From NCBI RefSeq assembly GCF_009914755.1, contig NC_060933.1: DNA of 64,000 bases, one strand, 5' to 3'. This DNA is from the human T2T-CHM13v2.0 reference genome, Homo sapiens. Position 1 is the stretch's first letter. Every line of letters begins with the position of its first letter. This document shows positions 57,501-64,000 of the stretch, one piece after another. A program made the translations under genes and the position numbers. The notes under the pieces are model-generated. The model saw nothing but the letters and a program-made list of their open reading frames with translations, ran no database searches and was not told where the DNA came from.

Positions 57501-60500
57501 AATCAACCCGAGTGCAATGGAATGGAGTGGAATGGAATGGAATGGAATGGAACAACCCGAATTGAATGGAATGTAATGGAGAGTAAGGGAGTTGAATAGA
57601 ATCAATCCGAATGTAATGGAATGGAATGGAACGGAATGGAATTGAATGGGATGGAATGGAATGCATGGAATGGAGTCAACCCGAGTTCAACGGAATGGAG
57701 AGGAATGGAATGGAATGGAATGGAAACTACCCGAATGGAATGGAATGGAATGGAGTGTAAGGGAATTGAATAGAATCAATCCGAATGTAATGTAATGTAA
57801 TGGAATGGAATGGAATGGAATGGAATGGAATGGAATGGAATGCAATGGAATGGAATCAACCCGAGTGCAATCGAATGGAATCGAATGGAATGGAATGCAA
57901 TGGAATGGATTCAACTTGAATGGAATGGAAAGAATGGAATCAACACGAGTGGAATGGCATGGATTGGAATGGAATGGAATGGAATCAACCCGAGTACAGG
58001 GGAATGGAATGGAATGAAATGCAATGGAATGGAATCATCCGTAATGGAATGGAAAGGAATGGAATGGAATGGAATGGAATGGAATGGAATGGAATGGAAT
58101 GGAATCAACTCGATTGCAATCGAATGGAATGGAATGGAATTAACCCGAATAGAATGGAATGGAATGGAATGGAACGGAACGGAATGGAATGGAATGGAAT
58201 GGAACGGAACGGAATGGAATGGAATGGAATGGAATGGAATCAACGCGAGTGCAGGGGAATGGAATGGAATGGAATGCAATGGAATGGAAACTTCCGGAAT
58301 GGAATGGAATGGAATGGAATGGAATGGAATGGAATGGAATGGAATGCAATCAACCCGACTGCAGGGGAATGGAATGGAATGGAATGGAATGGAATGGAAT
58401 GGAATCATCCGGAACGGAATGGAATGGAATGGAATGGAATCAAATCGATTGCAATGGAATGGAATGGAATGGAATGGAATCGAATGGAATGGAGTGGAAT
58501 TAACCGGAATAGAATGGAATGGAATGGAATGGAACGGAATGAAATGGAATGGAATGGAATGGAATGGAATGGAATCAACCCGAGTGCAGGGGAATGGAAT
58601 GGAATGGAATGCAATGGAATGGAATCATCCGGAATGGAATGGAATGGAATGGAATGCAATCAACCTGATGCAATGGAATGGAGTGGAATGGAATGGAATG
58701 GAATGGAAACATCCCGAATGGAATGGAATGTAATGGAGTGTAAGGGAATTGAATAGAATCAATCCGAATGTAATGGAATGGAATGGAATGAAATGGAATG
58801 GAATGGAATGGAATGGAATCAACCCGAGTGCAATGGAATGGATTCGAATGGAATGGAATGGAATGGAATGGATTCAACAAGAATGGAATGGAAAGGAATG
58901 GAATCAACCCGAGTGTAATGGCATGGAATGGAACGGAATGGAATGGGATGGAATGGAATGGTATGGAATAGAATGGAATGGAATGAAATGGAATAGAATG
59001 GAATGGAATGGAATGCAATGGAATGAACCCGTGTGCAATGGAATGGAATGGAATGGAATGGAATGGATTCAACTCGAATGGAATCAACTCGATTGCAATG
59101 GAATGGAATGGAATTGAAAGGAATAGAATGGAATCAACCCGAGTGGAATGGAATGGAAAGGACTGGAATGGAGTGGAATGGAATGGAATGGAATTAACCC
59201 GAATAGAATGAAATGGAACGGAATGGAATGGAATGTAATGGAATGGAATGGAATGGAATCAACCCGAGTGCAGGGGAATGGAATGGAATGGAATGCAATG
59301 GAATGGAATCATCCGGAATGGAATGGAATGGAATGGAATGGAATGGAATGGAATCAACTCGATTTCAATGGAAATGGAATGGAATAGAATGGAATGGAAT
59401 TAACACGAATAGAATGGAATGGAATGGAATTGAATGGAACAGAAAGGAATGGAATGGAATGGAATGGAATCAACCCAAGTGCAGGGGAATGGAATGGAAT
59501 GGAATTCAATGGAATGGAATCATCCGGAATGGAATGGAATGGAATGGAATGGAATGGAATGGAATGGAATGGAATCAACCCGAGTGCAATGGAATGGAGA
59601 GGAATGGAATGGAATGGAATGGAAACTACACGAATCGAATGGAATGTAATGGAGTGTAAGGGAATTGAATAGAATGAATCCGAATGGAATGGAATGGAAA
59701 GGAATGGAATGGAATGAAATGGAATGGAATGCAATGCCATGGAATCAACCCGAGTGCAATCGAATGGAATCGAATGGAATGGAATGCAATGGAATGGATT
59801 CAACTTGAATGGAATGGAAAGAATGGAATCAACACGAGTGGAATGGCATGGATTGGAATGGAATGGAATGGAATCAACCCGAGTACAGGGGAATGGAATG
59901 GAATGGAATGAAATGGAATGGAATCATCAGTAATGTAATGGAAAGGAATGGAATGGAATGGAATGGAATCAACTCTATTGCAATCGAATGGAATGGAATG
60001 GAATTAACCTGAATAGAATGGAATGGAATGGAATGGAATGGAACGGAACGGAACGGAACGGAACGGAATGGAATGGAATGGAATGGAATGGAATGGAATG
60101 CAATGGAATCAACTGATTGCAATGGAATGGAATGGAATGGAATGGAATGGAATGGAATGGAATCAACCCGACTGCAGGGGAATGGAATGGAATGGATTGC
60201 AATGGAATGGATTCAACTTGAATGGAATGGAAAGAATGGAATCAACACTAGTGGAATGGCATGGATTGGAATGGAATGGAATGGAATCAACCCGAGTACA
60301 GGGGAATGGAATGGAATGGAATGCAATGGAATGGAATCATCCGTAATGGAATGGAAAGGAATGGAATGGAATGGAATGGAATGGAATGGAATGGAATGGA
60401 ATCAACTCGATTGCAATGGAATGGAATGGAATGGAATTAACCCAAATAGAATGGAATGGAATGGAATGGAACGGAACGGAACGGAATGGAATGGAATGGA

Positions 60501-63500
60501 ATGGAATGGAATGGAACGGAAAGGAATGGAATGGAACGGAATGGAATGGAATGGAATGGAATGGAATCAACGCGAGTGCAGGGGAATGGAATGGAATGGA
60601 ATGCAATGGAATGGAATCTTCCGGAATGGAATGGAATGGAATGGAATGGAATCAACCCGAGTGCAATGGAATGGAGTGGAATGGAATGGAATGGAATGGA
60701 ACAACCCGAATGGAATGGAATGTAATGGAGAGTAAAGTAGTTGAATAGAATCATTCCGAATGTAATGGAATGGAATGGAACGGAATGGAATTGAATGGAA
60801 TGGAATGGAATGCAATGGAATGGAATCAACCCGAGTGCAATGGAATGGAGAGGAATGGAATGGAATGGAATGGAAACTACCCGAATGGAATGGAATGTAA
60901 TGGAGTGTAAGGGAATTGAATAGAATCAATCCGAATGTAATGGAATGGAATGGAACGGAATGGAATGGAATGGAATGGAATGGAATGGAATGGAATCAAC
61001 CCGAGTGCAATCGAATGGAATCGAATGCAATGCAATGCAATGGAATGGATTCAACTTGAATGGAATGGAAAGAATGGAATCAACACGAGTGGAATGGCAT
61101 GGATTGGAATGGAATGGAATGGAATCAACCCGAGTACAGGGGAATGGAATGGAATGGAATGCAATGGAATGGAATCATCCGTAATGGAATGGAAAGGAAT
61201 GGAATGGAATGGAATCAACTCGATTGCAATCGAATGGAATGGAATGGAATTAACCCAAATAGAATGGAATGGAATGGAATGGAACGGAACGGAATGGAAT
61301 GGAATGGAATGGAATGGAATGGAATGGAACGGAACGGAACGGAACGGAATGGAATGGAATGGAATGGAATGGAAAGGAATCAACGCGAGTGCAGGGGAAT
61401 GGAATGGAATGGAATGCAATGGAATGGAATCTTCCGGAATGGAATGCAATGGAATGGAATGGAATGGAATGGAATCAACCAGAGTGCAATGGAATGGAGT
61501 GGAATGGAATGGAATGGAATGGAAAAACCCTAATTGTATGGAATGTAATGGAGAGTAAGGGAGTTGAATAGAATCAATCCGAATGTAATGGAATGGAATG
61601 GAACGGAATGGAATTGAATGGAATGGAATGGAATGCATGGAATGGAATCAACCCGAGTTCAACGGAATGGAGAGGAATGGAATGGAATGGAATGGAAACT
61701 ACCCGAATGGAATGGAATGGAATGGAGTGTAAGGGAATTGAATAGAATCAATCCGAATGTAATGGAATGGAATGGAACGGAATGGAATGGAATGGAATGG
61801 AATGGAATGGAATGGAATGGAATGCAATGCAATGGAATCAACCCGAGTGCAATCGAATGGAATCGAATGGAATGGAATGCAATGGAATGGATTCAACTTG
61901 AATGGAATGGAAAGAATGGAATCAACACGAGTGGAATGGCATGGATTGGAATGGAATGGAATGGAATCAACCCGAGTACAGGGGAATGGAATGGAATGGA
62001 ATGCAATGGAATGGAATCATCCGTAATGGAATGGAAAGGAATGGAATGGAATGGAATGGAATGGAATGGAATCAACTCGATTGCAATCGAATGGAATGGA
62101 ATGGAATTAACCCGAATAGAATGGAATGGAATGGAATGGAACGGAACGGAATGGAATGGAATGGAATGGAATGGAATGGAACGGAAAGGAAGGGAATGGA
62201 ATGGAATAGAATGCAATGGAATGGAATCAACGCGAGTGCAGGGGAATGGAATGGAATGGAATGCAATGGAATGGAATCTTCCGGAATGGAATGGAATGGA
62301 ATGGAATGGAATGGAATGGAATGGAATCAACCCTAGTGCAATGGAATGGAGTGGAATGGAATGGAATGGAATGGAACAACCCGAATGGAATGGAATGTAA
62401 TGGAGAGTAAGGGAGTTGAATAGAATCAATCCGAATGTAATGGAATGGAATGGAACGGAATGGAATTGAATGGAATGGAATGGAATGCAATGGAATGGAA
62501 TCAACCCGAGTGCAATGGAATGGAGAGGAATGGAATGGAATGGAATGGAAACTACCCGAATGGAATGGAATGTAATGGAGTGTAAGGGAATTGAATAGAA
62601 TCAATCCGAATGTAATGGAATGGAATGGAACGGAATGGAATGGAATGGAATGGAATGGAATGGAATGGAATGGAATGCAATGGAATGGAATCAACCCGAG
62701 TGCAATCGAATGGAATCGAATGGAATGGAATGCAATGGAATGGATTCAACTTGAGTGGAATGGAAAGAATGGAATCAACACGAGTGGAATGGCATGGATT
62801 GGAATGGAATGGAATGGAATCAACCCGAGTACAGGGGAATGGAATGGAATGGAATGCAATGGAATGGAATCATCCGTAATGGAATGGAAAGGAATGGAAT
62901 GGAATGGAATGGAATGGAATGGAATGGAATCAACTCGATTGCAATCGAATGGAATGGAATGGAATTAACCCGAATAGAATGGAATGGAATGCAATGGAAC
63001 GGAACGGAATGGAATGGAATGGAATGGAACGGAACGGAATGGAATGGAATGGAATGGAATGGAATCAACGCGAGTGCAGGGGAATGGAATGGAATGGAAT
63101 GCAATGGAATGGAAACTTCCGGAATGGAATGGAATGGAATGGAATGGAATGGAATGGAATGGAGTGGAATCAACCCGACTGCAGGGGAATGGAATGGAAT
63201 GGAATGGAATGGAATCATCCGGAACGGAATGGAATGTAATGGAATGGAATCAAATCGATTGCAATGGAATGGAATGGAATGGAATGGAATCGAATGGAAT
63301 GGAGTGGAATTAACCGGAATAGAATGGAATGGAATGGAATGGAACGGAATGAAATGGAATGGAATGGAATGGAATGGAATGGAATCAACCCGAGTGCAGG
63401 GGAATGGAATGGAATGGAATGCAATGGAATGGAATCATCCGGAATGGAATGGAATTTAATGGAATGCAATCAACCTGATGCAATTGAATGGAGTGGAATG

Positions 63501-64000
63501 GAATGGAATGGAATGGAAACATCCCGAATGGAATGGAATGTAATGGAGTGTAAGGGAATTGAATAGAATCAATCCGAATGTAATGGAATGGAATGGAATG
63601 AAATGGAATGGAATGGAATAGAATGGAATCAACCCGAGTGCAATGGAATGGATTCGAATGGAATGGAATGGAATGGAATGGATTCAACAAGAATGGAATG
63701 GAAAGGAATGGAATCAACCCGAGTGTAATGGCATGGAATGGAACGGAATGGAATGGGATGGAATGGAATGGTATGGAATAGAATGGAATGGAATGAAATG
63801 GAATAGAATGGAATGGAATGGAATGGAATGGAATGAACCCGTGTGCAATGGAATGGAATGGAATGGAATGGAATGGATTCAACTCGAATGGAATCAACTC
63901 GATTGCAATGGAATGGAATGGAATTGAAAGGAATAGAATGGAATCAACCCGAGTGGAATGGAATGCAAAGGACTGGAATGGAGTGGAATGGAATGGAATG
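54420..64000 (+). repeat. 4.04/4.81 kb higher-order repeat (2 full copies plus a partial third) built from ~0.84 kb subunits
   Basis: cctgatgcaa at 54621, 58664, 63474. Internal ttcaacttg marker at 57088, 57910 and at 60212, 61050, 61892, 62745 (spacings 822-853). Confidence 0.88.
57854..58000 (+). repeat. Recurrent SatIII block resembling the chr9 probe pHuR98 (representative copy)
   Basis: aatcaacccgagtgcaatcgaatggaatcg...ttcaacttg...caacacgagtgg...catggattgg...caacccgagtacagg. Also near 27880, 45440, 50535, 55710, 59745, 61835, 62690, and inverted near 6220-6370. The pHuR98 link is from memory of published SatIII primers and is not verified. Confidence 0.55.

Larger units (their letters stand above)
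7656..64000 (+). repeat. Satellite III (HSat3) array, GGAAT-rich strand on +
   Basis: Continuous (GGAAT)n with CAACCCGAGT, CAACTCGATTG, TTAACCCGAATAG and CATCCGG variants. Uninterrupted to the window end. Confidence 0.97.

Noticed and set aside
25000-64000. CRISPR-like or retron-like array of conserved cassettes separated by spacers
   Set aside because: The spacers are GGAAT runs rather than unique sequence. There are no cas or RT genes and no leader; the context is eukaryotic satellite.
1-64000. Alu, L1, LTR or other mobile element insertion
   Set aside because: No non-satellite stretch, poly(A) tail or target-site duplication was seen anywhere, including at the inversion junction.
1-64000. 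Classification as HSat2, alpha satellite or telomeric repeat
   Set aside because: It lacks the HSat2 CATTCGATTC/GATGAT-dominated pattern, the AT-rich 171-bp alphoid monomer and CENP-B box, and TTAGGG. Long pure GGAAT runs with CAACCCGAGT decamers indicate HSat3.
7656-64000. GGAA microsatellite enhancer (EWS-FLI1 type) or G-quadruplex array
   Set aside because: The period is 5 (GGAAT), not tandem GGAA. G-tracts are almost all GG with isolated GGGG, so there is no canonical three-tetrad G4 motif.

Overview
The whole 64 kb window is classical satellite III (HSat3): (GGAAT)n/(ATTCC)n pentamers interspersed with CAACCCGAGT/CAACTCGATT-type decamers. It is most likely primate (human) pericentromeric heterochromatin. 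One recurring block resembles my recollection of the chr9 SatIII probe pHuR98, but I could not verify that. There are no credible genes, RNA genes, CRISPR arrays or transposon insertions. All ORFs are poly(MEWNG)/poly(IPFHS) read-throughs of the pentamer. The informative structure lies in the satellite itself. (1) A sharp strand inversion at ~7656 has 2-bp microhomology and a 19-bp perfect stem. (2) Two sequence subfamilies (here called A and B) are arranged symmetrically around it. (3) A ~3.93 kb three-copy higher-order repeat has a middle copy that is a hybrid of the outer two, the signature of unequal crossover. (4) There are nested tandem duplications of 259 bp, 540 bp x3, ~0.84, ~1.1, ~1.4, ~1.6, 1.85 and 4.0/4.8 kb. 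(5) About 24 perfect nGAAnnTTCnnGAAn heat-shock elements were found, all in subfamily A. (6) A cassette pair keeps a near-invariant 175-bp spacing. All coordinates and counts were made by eye and should be confirmed computationally.
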